A stretch of DNA of 63,639 nucleotides, counting the filler, from Collodictyon triciliatum (taxonomy: Eukaryota): the NCBI GenBank assembly GCA_043381765.1. It is 3 parts of 3 records of this genome, joined end to end, with 100 filler letters (N's around TTAATTAATTAA, not from the genome) between each part and the next. Parts side by side here need not be neighbours in the genome. Positions count along the whole stretch, not along the records: positions 1 to 21,213 come from JBHJMP010001197.1; 2 more parts are not named here. One strand, written 5' to 3'. Within the stretch, counting starts at the first letter, position 1. Every line of letters starts with the position of its first letter. This document shows positions 1 to 12,700 of this stretch, one piece after another. Under the pieces are notes generated by a model that had not been told where the DNA came from, made no database searches, and saw nothing but the letters and a program-made list of their open reading frames with translations. A program made the translations under genes and the position numbers.

Positions 1-2
1 TT

Positions 3-90
<88 letters not shown>

Positions 91-262
91 TCCTTCCTTT
101 CCTTTCCCTTCCTTTCCCTTCCTTTCCCTTCCTTTCCCTTCCTTTCCCTTCCTTTCCCTTCTTTCCCTTCTTTCCCCTTCTTTCCCCTTCTTTCCCCTTC
201 TTTCCCTTCTTTCTTTCTTTCTTTCCTTACTTTCCCTTTCTTTTCACTTCTTTTCCCTTTTT
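1..262. repeat. (TTTC)n / (TTCCCTTCC)n pyrimidine microsatellite at contig start
   Basis: Directly visible tandem TTTC followed by degenerate CT-rich repeats. Confidence 0.95.
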
Positions 263-278
263 CTCGGAACACGTTCAG

Positions 279-3200
279 GTCCCCTTGTCAATGGATTCTT
301 TACCCTCTCCACTGAGGCGCATGACGATGATGGTTGTCCTCATACGTTGGAGCACCTGATTTTTTTGGGTATGTCTGAATGAAATGAACTCGTGAAAAGG
401 GGAAAAATATAAAAAGAACGAGTTTATTAATGGAGGATTATGTCGAATATCAAGCTGTGTTTCTTTCGACCTTTAATATCTCTCGAATGATGATCCATTT
501 TTATCACAAATATACTTACAAATCGGCACATTGAGTATGTATAATTCGTGTTAAATATTAGGTAGTGAAGAATACCCTTACAAGGTTTTGCTCTTTTATC
601 TGGCACATGGCCCTTTAGTGATGCGTCATTCTCCATAGATATTCAATATATCCGATAATAGATGTTAACTCAGATAAAAAACACACAACACATGTAATAA
701 ACTATTACATTTACCGAATATTCAAAAATTAAAAACTACATCAGGGTGTTCTCGACACATTAGCAAACAAGTGTCTGGCTCAAGGGACAAGTAAACTTCT
801 AATAACGAAAAAAAAAATCATTCTTATTTCTGCTGAATATAAACCTTTGAGAAATAGTGTGTCTATTTATTCATACATTTTATTCTCAGAACAATAAATT
901 GATGTACTGCATTCTTAATTTACAGATGCTTGGACTGGTATGTGAGGTTGACATGTTACTGGCTTACTAAATTCTATCCTACGCAAAACCTCAATCCCAT
1001 TATCTTTCCTATTATATGTAAATTAAAAGAGATGTTATATAAATAGAAAAGGGAAACGGAAATATACTTTGAATCTTTTACAATTGTGATTTCCTGTCAT
1101 CACTATACTTAAAATTAAATTTGTGTTAGCCACGGACCATACTTGCTACACAGTTAGCACAGTAAGTTGTAATGAAATACAGAATTTCGGTCTTAAATAA
1201 TTTTACATTCGTTCCTCTATGGCGACATGAATAGTAAAAAATTAATAAATATCCTCAAATGCATGAACAATTACCTAGGCTGGCAGTGAAGGGTTCCTGA
1301 CTCTTTTGCCAGGTGATATACACATACTTTACATACTTTAATAGTTTTATTGTGATATACTGAATTGGGTCAACAATTGACATCATGAAGAACTTTTTTT
1401 CTCAAAATTATTCCTATATTGCAAAACTCCTGACATGTGGTTCCCTACTTTTTCCTCATCTAGTGTATCTGGACCATATTCTATACCCTACCCTGACAGA
1501 ATCTGTAAATATATTGAAGCAAACGAAAAGAAAATGCAACCACACTACACTTTTATACATCAACAAACTCATATGTATTAGATGTTAGGATTTCCTACAC
1601 ATGCTTACCTTTGCTTCATTTATTGATTTTCTCTATCTTTCTTACACTTTAGAGCTTCCATACTGAAGTACATCATATCAACGGAGATGGAGTAAATGCA
1701 GGTGTCGTATATTCGGAAATGCAAGGTCGAGAAAACAACGTTGAATCAAGAATGTCGCTTTTGTAAGATTCATACCATACATTTATTAATTAATATATAT
1801 TTTTTGGAAACAAGTTTCAAATCGTTTCGGTTCATTAAAGAATCTTTGACATAAAGACTTGGCCGCCTTCTATATCCTGAAACTGGTTATGAATCAGAAA
1901 CAGGCGGACTAATGAAAAATCTACGCTCGCTGAATGCTGAAACGGGTAATATTATCATCTATAAATATACATGTAGTTGCTCATTCTTTTGTCTCAAACA
2001 TTACATCTGGTGTCGAAAACCAGAGAAAAGAAACATCATACAAATATGTAATACTTTACCAATATTATCTCTTGAGCTTAAAATGTTTATTTTTTAGTCA
2101 GACAATACCACCATGATTTCTACAGGTGAGAATACTTGTGATGCATTACAAAATACAAGAATGAAATAGCATATCAAGTTGAATAATTAATCATTCTAAT
2201 CATTTTGAAAACTTTTGCGAAGAGCCGAAAATTTATGTGTCATCGTGACGGGTGAGCTCGAAACAGAGTCTCTTCTGAAAGTCGTGGATTCATTTGACCA
2301 GAAAATTGCATCCAAAGGTCCACGTGTTCCTCATAAAAGGTACGTGTTGCCTCACTACATTTGAACGGTATAAACCATTCCCATATCGATTGGTTATATT
2401 TTGACACGGCCCAAAAATTCAAAAAAGTTTACTTTTAACAACTTTAATTGCAGACCTTGGTCGCATGAAATCCCACCTTTGCTCCAATCGCACTCTGAGA
2501 TAATCGAGTTCCCCACCGATGATGAATCTATTGGCTCTGTCTACGTCTCTTGGAGAGGTCCCTTCATCAACGACAACAAAAACTTGACATCTCTATCAAT
2601 TTTGTGGAAGTACCTCTCTGGTAATAGCATCTATATCATTCATCATCATTACATTACTGTCTCAAATAATCATTCTTTCCGCATGTTTCACCACTTTTAT
2701 GACACATTAATAATGCTGCATTTGACATAGAATCGGCTATATCGCCGTTAAGGCAAGAGTTTGTTGAAAACAGTAAGTAGTATTTTTTCTCCCCTTTTTA
2801 ATTGCCGCCCGGTACGTAGCCATTCTACTGACTTGAGTATATAGAATATAAGCACAACTCAAAGCATAAATTTATCAAATCTCTGCTTAAAATGCGCTAT
2901 TGTCGTCCCTAGATCCGGTTTGTGGCTCGGTAGAGTTTTCTGATTTTGACTACAAAGAGACAGGTTTGCCCCTATACCTCCTCATCTATTTAAATTTTAA
3001 TGATTTTGAGCATTCGTAAATCAAACAGAAAAACTAGAGTTAGTAGCACTCTACAAATGTCAATGATACCTTTCATTTTGTTTTAGCCTGGGTGGTTGAG
3101 TTTGGGGATGTCCTTACCGAGAAGCTAGATGAAATCCGACCTCGTCTCATGGATCTACTAAGTATTATTCATATTCTTTTAATCGAATAAAGTGGGGGAG

Positions 3201-6200
3201 GGGAGGGGGAGAAGTGTTTTTTCATATTTCTCCATTTATTCCATTTCCAAAACAAGTCAATGCAAGCTTGGTGATGACTTGTTCCTTGGAATCGACACTC
3301 ACAAATTCATCCGATTTCATTTCATTAATTCGAGTCCAAAAAATTTTCTTCATGTATTTTAAAATTGAATTGTTCAATTACAGCTAAAATCAGAAAAGAA
3401 GGTGTTGACATGTCCCGAATCAGGTAATTTTTGTTTCGCTTTTATAGCTTCAACAAACGAAGCTTCAAGCTATTCCTGTAACATGTACTGAGGTGACTTA
3501 CATACATATTCTTGCAGAGATCTGGTTGATAAAGCCATACTAGAGCATTATAACCAGCTGGAAGAGTCTCCTGCTGACCTATTTTCCGGTTGGACTCTTG
3601 ACAAGATTTCCCTCTATATATTTGACATATCCGATTTAACTCTGATAATCATATAAAGTACACAAATTCTTTGTAATGATAAAGAAAAAATCAATTGAAT
3701 TTTACTGTGATGTGCAAATAGGTGCTTTAATTGTGGATTTCTTATACTCAAATTCCCTCGACTGCTTGCCAGAGTCCATGAAAGTATAAATATTTTTATT
3801 CCTTTAATTTTAATCATGCTTCTAGCCGGTTAAGTTTGAGATTCATTTTTCTTATATTACAACAAAAAAAAAGTAAATAAATTAAATATCATGTAAGAAC
3901 CATCGCAATTAATATCTTATTAGATTATAAGTCGTCTTGAAGAACTGAAAGGGACAGAATCGCAGTACTGGACCTCACTAATCGATGAGTACCTCCTGAA
4001 GAGGCACTATGTCGAAATCAAGGTTTCCTTGGAAACCTTTCCGCTATTTAATATTTTCCACCCAGTATTCCTTTTTTTTTATTTTTTATTTTTATTCAGC
4101 GTAGATGTTAAATGAAAAATATCACTAGGGAAAGCCCAGCTCATCACTTTCGAAGAAAATAGCTGGTACATTAAAATCATATCATTCTGGTATTTGATAG
4201 AGTCTTACAAAAAAAAAAAAAAAACCACGCATTCGCTTTTAGATGAAGAGAAGGAGCGTATCCAAAAGCAAAAAGACAGTCTAGGTACTATATCACTTCT
4301 CTCAACTAACCAAATTATCCCCGCAATTTATTTGTCATTTCGTCTTATCAAACCCAAACTTATGTGGTTAATCAGGGGAAGAAAATCTGAAGCTCAAGGC
4401 CCTGGCCTTGGATGAAGCCAATAAAAAGAACAATACACCTGTCCCTGAGTCTCTCTTCTCTGCATTTCCAGCTCCAGACCCCAGCAAGGTGAGTCTTGAT
4501 TATCGAATATTTTTTTATATATTTTTCGCTCTAATGTCGGCTTTGATTAAGACTAAGATAACATCCATCAGGTTCCACTTTTTGAAGTTAAGACGAAGAA
4601 ATTTGATGTCGGCGAGTCAGTAAGTATATTTATAACTCATTTATAATTTATATATAATCAAGGTATGGCTATTAACATATTACCAAATTCATCAGGACGC
4701 TCCCGAAGATGCACTACCGTTCTACCTTCAGGCATTCAGCATCCTTATATAAATACATATTCACTTTTTTTCATTACTTTGACATAATACAATTATTCAT
4801 GTCCAAATACAACCATCGGTTGCTGTAAGAGAACCTGATTTTTGTCTACTAACAACATCAACTACCACCCTACCCCAGCTGGATGCAGTGGAAACGAAAT
4901 TTGTTACTGTATCCATATTCATCGATACTTCTAATATCTCAGCCGAATTGAGACCATACTTGGAACTGTATCTAGATGTCTGTGTTGTTTTACTCTGGTG
5001 CTTACCTTAAGCCCAGTAGCCACATTACCTTTATTATTCAACTTCAATATATCTTCTTTTTCTTTTTCTTTTTCTTTTTCTTTTTCTTTTTCTTTTTCTT
5101 TTTCTTTTTCTTTTTCTTTTTCTTTTTCTTTTTCTTTTTCTTTTTCTTTTTCTTTTTCTCCCTTGGTCTTTTTCTCAAACTGGTTAACGTGAGACTTACG
5201 GCTACACTCTCAAAATAGCTGATGTTTGAGCTTCCTATGCTGAGGGATGGAATCTTAGTTCCGTACGAAAAAGTTATCTCTGAACTAGAGGCAGATACAG
5301 TGGGCTACGAGAATTCTATCGGACTGTCAAGTTCTGGGTAAGAAAAGTTGATATTGTCGTCTATATCAGAAACATTAGCACACATGCTTTATTCTTCGCT
5401 GTTTTATTATTCATTCATCGCGTCCCTAATGATTGAATGTAAGATGACCACAGCTCCCTTTTAATTGCAGATCTTTTACATGCGGCTCATTCTCTCAGTT
5501 ATTGTCTTTGAAATTGAAAGCTCCAGAAAAAAAATATGATGCAATTTTGAAATGGACGCGTGACATTTTATTCAATTCTAAATTTACCATCGAACGTGTG
5601 AAAGTATCCCTCAGCAAGCTTTTAAATGAGGTTATATTCTTTTGTTTACCCTTTTAATTATTTATTAACTACACAAATATTAAATTTGGTTCATTTTCTG
5701 CACTTTGAATCGAATAAAGGAAAAAATTTTGGTTCATTTTGGATTACTCTTATCATATGATGCTTCGATTATTGAAGAAATAATTAATTATCCGCCTTGG
5801 GAAAATTAAATCTTATCAAACCAAATCAAGACCTTTTCATTCAGTATATATGATTAGGCAATCAGTTCGAAGCGAAATGGCTCTACTATGTCTCGCGCTG
5901 CCTTAAGAACTCTCCTATTCGATGAGAAGAAAAGTAATCTGAATGCTGTTAACGTCTTAAATCAAGTAACATTTTACTTCCCCCTCGATCTATAAAGTTG
6001 TGTTTTGTGACCATAACCATCCTGAAAAAAATAATAATACTCATCCCCTACTCTGTCGTTTGTCTCCTATCCCTTTCATCCTTTAGCTCGTATTTCTCCA
6101 AGGTCTCAAAGAGTCATCTGAATCCAACGCTGCTCGTATAACTGGTATTTTTTTATATTGAAAAAATGCAATCCAAACAATCCAATAATTTTCTCATTTT

Positions 6201-8782
6201 AAACTGGGTTTTATTAGAATTTTGGTATATGGTTTCTATATAATTTTGCCTTCGCTTTTGCTCTTGCTTTTGTTTGTTTGTATTTTTTTTTGTTTTTTTG
6301 TTTTTTTGTTTTTTTGTTTTTGTTTTTGTTTTTGTTTTTGTTTTTGTTTTTGTTTTTGTTTTTGTTTTTGTTTTTGTTTTTGTTTTTGTTTTTGTTTTTG
6401 TTTTTGTTTTTTGCTTGCTCTTTGATTTGCTTTATTTCATCACAATACTGGCCCATGTTAAAATTCTAGAAAAGCTGAACGAGCTTCGAGCTGCTCTACT
6501 ACAACCTTTAACCATGTATGCCCATGTGTCGGGGTCTTCGGATGTTATTGGACTGGGGACCGTATGAATATTTCTGAGAAAGAAGAAAAATGCATCAGAA
6601 TGCCTATATTTGAAAAGTCTAGAAACCATATTTAATTCATCTCTTATCCACACTTCTTATAAAAACAATTTAATCGGTTCAGAAACCTTGGGCTGCCATC
6701 TTTGGGGCATCTTGCATGGTTCGAGTGACAATTTATATGAGCGATATATTTGAGATTGAAGACAGCAATTCTTGATATCAGTATAACTATTATTTAAATT
6801 CAATGTACCTTCGAAATTTAGGGAGATGTGAAATACAATCACAAAGATTCTGTTCCATACTCGTATGCTTTACTCACGGACAAAGCTCTTGGTGGTTCAA
6901 AGAAGGCATCTAGCATAAATACTGACGACATTAATTTATTCATTTTTATATATGTGGAAGTGTCTTGTCCCTTCAAAGCTTTATTAACCAGATATTTCCA
7001 GTTGCAAGTATCGTATATAACATATTTCTAACCCCTATAATTTTTTACATGAATAGATTGGCTATGTTTTCCCAATACCCTCCATCGAAAGTGGGTTCCT
7101 CGCTAAGTCATGCACTGGGCCTCAGGGTTTTCAGAATCACGTATACACTCTACATAATTTTCTTTGAGTTAAATCACATCCTTTCTTTTATTAGCGCTCT
7201 GATACCCCATCTATCAATCACACAACCAGCGTACAGAGGGCACTCAAAAAACACAGACGATTCATTTACTTTTCTTTTTTATCGGAACTTGGTCGATTAA
7301 AAAATATCACAAATAACTAGGATACGCTCCCTCTGCGCGTCCTTATCGAATACTTAACAAACCTAGAGGGGCCTATGTGGAGGGAAATTAGAGGTCTAAT
7401 ACCATTTGTTTCGTTTCGCTCATTTATCGTAATTTCCTTCTTTCCTTCTTTCCCTTTTTCCCTTCTTTCCTTCTTTCCTTCTTTCCTTCTTTCCTTCTTC
7501 CCTTTTTCCTTTTTCATCTTCGTAGTATTTTGCCAATTTTTTTTCTCTTCAGTAAAGGTATGTTTTGACAGTTTATTGAATTATCACTACCGTTTCACAT
7601 ATGAATAAAATTGCCTTAGGACTTGGTTTGGCATACTCTTACTCTAGTTTTGTCAACCACGAGGATGGTCTTCTGTACTTCGTATTGTATAGAGCATCCA
7701 ATCTCCTACAGGCATACTCCCAAGCAAAGACTATCGTGAAGGAATTCTCCGAGGGAAAGGTAAATTTGAGACATTAACACCGAATTTTAGTCTTTTCGTT
7801 TGCTTTTTTTCACCCAATCAGATATGATGAACCAATATTTCGCTCTAAAATACATATGTGAAAAGGAAAAGGAACCAATTTTCTTTATTCCATTCTAGCG
7901 AGTCTTCAATGACACCGAAATAGGTGGAGCGAAGGCGTCCGTTATTTTCGAGATTATCTCTCAACAGGTTCAGTAAAGCTTTCTCATCATACAGTTCACG
8001 CAATCAACATCGTTATTTTTGTAATCTTGTCTAGCAACTCTAATCCTTTTCGAATATATTACTTTGCAGCTGAACTCCTTTATTCACTATATTTCTCTGT
8101 CATCGCGGCTGCTTATTTGTCTTTTAGGAAACTGTTGGCGCAGCCGCATCCCACTCCATGGAAAATTACTTCAAGCGCGTGCCTCTTACTCACGACAAAG
8201 AACTTCTCTCTCGAGTAAAGGTGCTACTTTTACATTTATATATATATATTTAATATCAGCCCCACTTCAAATTTCAGGCAATCCATAGTGTGCTGAGCTC
8301 TAGGTTCCGTTAATCGGATACAATTTTTTTTTGTATAATCAAAGCAAAACACCACCGCTTCTAGGCCATCAGACCTGGGGACCTTATGCTTTCTTTGAAA
8401 ACGTTTTATCTGCGACTTTTTGATGAAGACTCCAGCACGCTGACATTCTGCGTAAACCCGGCTGCTGTAGACTCAGTAACCTCAGGTAAATTACCGGAAA
8501 ACAAAGATTTTTCGTGCTATTTATTCTTCATATCTTTTGCTATGTAAATGGTGGGGTACCGATTTTACAACTTCCTGCTATATGGTTACGCACTCCATAG
8601 CCTTCCTTTCCGAGCACCAGTTGGAAGTAAAACTCCTTCCTGCTGCCGAGGGCATTGACTTTGAGAAGAAGAAAAAGAAGGACGAAGGGAGCTCAAGTGG
8701 TTCGGACAGTAGCGACGACGAAGACGAAGACGATGAAGGTGATGAAAGCGACGAAAGCGAGGATGATGGCGATGATGAGTAA
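279..8782 (+). CDS. Multi-exon M16-family (insulinase/PreP-like, SDD3/YOL098C-type) zinc metallopeptidase, 5' end missing
   Basis: Spliced translation GPLVNGFFTLSTEAHDDDGCPHTLEHLIFLG|SEEYPYK|GVLDTLANKCLAQGTN|AWT|ATDHTCYTVST|AGSEGFLTLLP|VYLDHILYPTLTES. Inverted zinc motif HxxEH (HTLEH) at 341-355. C-terminal LEGPMWREIRG|LGLAYSY motif. Acidic tail ending TAA at 8782. More than 30 small exons. Confidence 0.88.
5056..5160. repeat. (TTTTTC)n intronic microsatellite
   Basis: Visible tandem repeat within an intron. Confidence 0.95.
5685..5740 (+). mobile_element. Micro retro-insertion (CTTTGAATCGAATAAAGG + A tail) with target-site duplication
   Basis: Core at 5703-5720, flanked by direct repeat TTTGGTTCATTTT at 5685-5697 and 5728-5740. 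Confidence 0.65.
6283..6412. repeat. (TTTTTG)n intronic microsatellite
   Basis: Visible tandem repeat. Confidence 0.95.
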
Positions 8783-9404
8783 TTCAACAAAACAACGCTC
8801 ATCTATAGCCGGATACATCATCCCAGACTACCGGAAGGAAATGATTTCTCATGAGAGGGATGACCCTCCGGGCCTCCATCCCTATCACCTGCACTTGGAT
8901 AGAATAAACTATCCGCCCACATTCCACCCAAACTCACCACCATCTGCTCATGCACTCATTTGTCCACAAAAAAAAATGTGCTTGCTTTGTTGGTGCAACA
9001 ATGAATATAAATTCCAGAAAAAGATAAACTAAAAATAGAACATCATCGAATATCATCACATACAGCAATGTGGGTCCGATGTCGATAAAAGCCTGTTTGG
9101 TGCGGCCATTTAAACTCTCTCTTCACTAGCGCATCATGATGTTTCGAGCTTCCCGTGCGATTGCGGTTGTGTCTGTGCTCTGCCTCAAAGTCGCGGCGAC
9201 TGAATAGAGGCCTGGACACTGATACGGCACAGTCCCTCACGCGAATGAATGAGTAGTTTTGTCCTGATCTATATTCTGCCGGCTCTGTCCCTCCTGTTGG
9301 CTTTGGCGCAGATCATTTTTGACTCGCACATAACAGAGCCTCAATAAATGATCCTGGCCTACCTGAAATCAAAATATCGAAAAGAATATTGATCTATTGC
9401 CGAA

Positions 9405-9435
<31 letters not shown>

Positions 9436-9751
9436 NATTTTTTTTAGATTTTTATATTTTTTTTCTCAAACCTTTTTTTTTTTTTTTTTTTTTTTTTTTG
9501 AATAAGGTAGTCTGCTCCCATGTCGTGCTGAAAAAATCGTGCGCGCATTTTTCCGCGCCCAAGATCACCTCCACACTTGCGGGGGAAAAAAAACTCAACT
9601 AGACTACAATGATTTTTTTCCCCAAAAAACAAAAAACTGAATATTCTGACCTTAACACAATAGCAAATAGTCTGCAAGGAAGAAACCGCCTGTACCTCAG
9701 TCACAAACGTTGAGAACAGAACCAACGAGAGATACCCCCTGCCGAGCAAAG

Positions 9752-12700
9752 ATGCGTCCAACCCGCTTGGGCCAGACACTCGTGGGTATCATTGTCCTTG
9801 TCTTGCTTTCGTCTTATGCAACTGCACTGATTGATCAAACAGAGAAGGCATGCTCACAAGAGGTTAAAGTTACTCATACAGCGAGCCCGTCAGTGAGCGC
9901 AACAGATTTTCCGCATTACCCCGAAAATCACCATCCGATATTGGTTCACGAAGATAACCCCGTTCGTGCTGTTGTCTTTGCAGAAGCAGCTGATTCGAAA
10001 CCGGCCAAGAGAGACGAAGAAGATGCGAACAATCGCGCCCTCTTCTTGGTAGAGTCTGAGGCAGAGTCGCTGCTGGAGGCGTCCGAACCTTACTTGCCCC
10101 TAGCTAAACCCCCAGAAGCTTTGAAAGACTCAAATGAGGACGCATTCCCAGCTAGGGAAAACCAAGATTCTGACGCCGATGATAGCAAAGAAGAGGCTGG
10201 TCATAACAACAACGGCATTCTGTATCAAGAGAACGTCCAAAATAATGATGTTGTCACTGTATCTGAGTCTGAATCTGAATCTGAATCCCTGTCCACATCT
10301 GCTTCTATCACTGTTCCTGGGTCGATATCCACCTCCTCCTCAAACACTGAACTGAATGATGACGTGTCTGGCTCTAGTGCTTCGAGTCGCATGGAGTCAG
10401 TTGTGACTGCTCCTCACTCAGAATTACAGGATACTCAATCCGTCTGGAATTCAGCCTCCCTCACTACATCCAGTACACCCTCTGCCTCATTTTCAGTGAC
10501 CGAATCGTTCAGCGAATCTGAGAGCTCATCGCCAACTGCGACATTCTTTCCATCAGAATCCGGAACTAGCTCCCTCCTCGACCAAGCCTCGCCCTCGGAT
10601 GCCCGTCCCTCGAAAGAAGTGACTACAACCGCTAAAAGGTCTCGTGCTTCACCTTCTCAGCCTCCTTCGTCATCGAATGCGGTGCATCCTTCTACACATG
10701 AATCACAGTCACTCTCCATGTCAAAGACAGCATCACCTTATGTATGTACAGGAGATAGCTCAGAAAATTTATGTGGTTTTTGCGGCCCGATTCAACCCGA
10801 AATAGATGTCTCTCTTGAGTTTACTCATGCCTATGGTGGATTCAAACAACCTGATACTCATCGTTTGTCTCATTGGGTATATATCAGAAACATTACAGGC
10901 ACCACGGATATATATTCAGAAACCACAGTTGAGGTCTCAGTCTCAAGTGTAACATCTATTGCAGCCCAATTGAAGCCTTCCAAAATCGAGCCCTTCGCCC
11001 CAACTGGGATTACACTGTCTACAAACATATATAGCTCTTCCCCATCACTCGGCCTCCGTGTCTGGCTTACTGGACAAAACGGTGAGACAAACAACAAAGG
11101 CGGGGCTATTACAATCAGCACAGTCGAGATACCGTCCTTGATGTCTTCATGCATATACGATGGGTTGAACCCGTGTTTGGCTACTCTTACAGTTCCGGAG
11201 TCTGCATTCACAACCACAGATGTCACTATCACCCCTGTAGTATCATTCGCCACAAAGATTGTCGCATTGACACCAGCTACGCTCGTCGCCTTACCAACCT
11301 ATGGCTCCAATCCATCTGCAGGAATGAAATTGCAGCTGCCACAGAAACCCAACCTACCTTCATCCACTTTCACATCGACATTGACAGCGTACACAAACGG
11401 AAGAGTGCTCGAAGGCTTCAACGTTGTCATCAATATACCATCCTCTGTAGCGTCCATTGTCAGCATCAGCGGAGATGGCAAGTTCTCGGGTGCAACAAAC
11501 ATCCAACAAAATAGTGCATCGATAGTGTGGACACGCCAAAGTGGCGTCAGCGATTCATCTGCCACAGGAGCGATCAACGTCGCAACAATCACATGGAAGA
11601 TGAAGGATTCGCCCACACAGAGTAGTGGCGAAGTCAGCTTCGTAATCAAACAGATGACAGACGTCCAGAACATACCGATAGTCAGCGAGTCAACAAACGG
11701 AATTGTGTTTGATATAACACAGTCAAGCGAGACAGGATATATTGTTGTTGCTCAAGACTCTGTAAGAGGACATTTCATCACTTCTCTTCAGCAGCAAATC
11801 GTCAACACAGCCGTAATCACCAAGCAAAGTGTGGCCGTACCACTGAAAGTTGTAGAGTTCTACGAGTTTCAAACACCAAAAGACATTACGTCACAAGCAT
11901 CATGCACCAGCTCCGACCCACAAGTCGCACCCGTACAAGGCTGTACAATTGTCATGACAGGCAGTGAGACATCCGGCTCAAGCTTTGTGTCGCTCTCATT
12001 CAATGCTGCAACCACTGGTGTCCGCGTGTGGTATCCAGCAGCTCCTATTAACATAAGCACCCCCGACAGGATACTCAATCGAATATCCAACTTCAAGACG
12101 GCTGATTGCTCTGGTTATAGATACCAAAGCAGCAAAATCACTGCGACTGTATCATTTGTGAGCGGAAGTGACAGCTTCTTCGCCGATGTATCCAAGTTGA
12201 TTTCTCTAGAGGTATCTGACAGCAGCATTGTGAGTGTGGAAGATAACACAGTTATTACCGGTATTGCAGCAGGAGCTGTCAATGTCAATGTCGCCGGATT
12301 CCCATCAAACACAATATCATTGAGTGTGACCGACATCGAAGTCTCCGTGACGAAGCTGATGCCAATCGTGTTCACCGACGTATCGATAGTTTCAGTGACA
12401 CCAAGCGATGCATTGACACCCACATCCATCAGTAGCGTGAAGGCGTCCGTGTCTCAAAACCTGGACTTTGAAGGCAAGGTAGGACATGTTGTGGTGTACG
12501 CCTACTTTTCTGACGGCACACGAATGGAGGTACATGAGTCGGATGGTCTCGCCATTACATCAACCAACCCTTCCATTTCAGTCATGAGCTCGCCTCCAAG
12601 AGTGATATCCGTCTCCAACGGATGCGGGTACTATGTCAACGCACAGTGGAGCTCCTGTGGAAAGAGCCTGAGTGACGGACTCGGACTCGTCAACTTGAAT

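Noticed and set aside
4976-6567. Poly-F, (FS)n, (NK)n and (FV)n ORFs, and similar ORFs at 47047-47426, 49272-49778 and 51936-52248
   Set aside because: Translations of microsatellites in introns or intergenic DNA.
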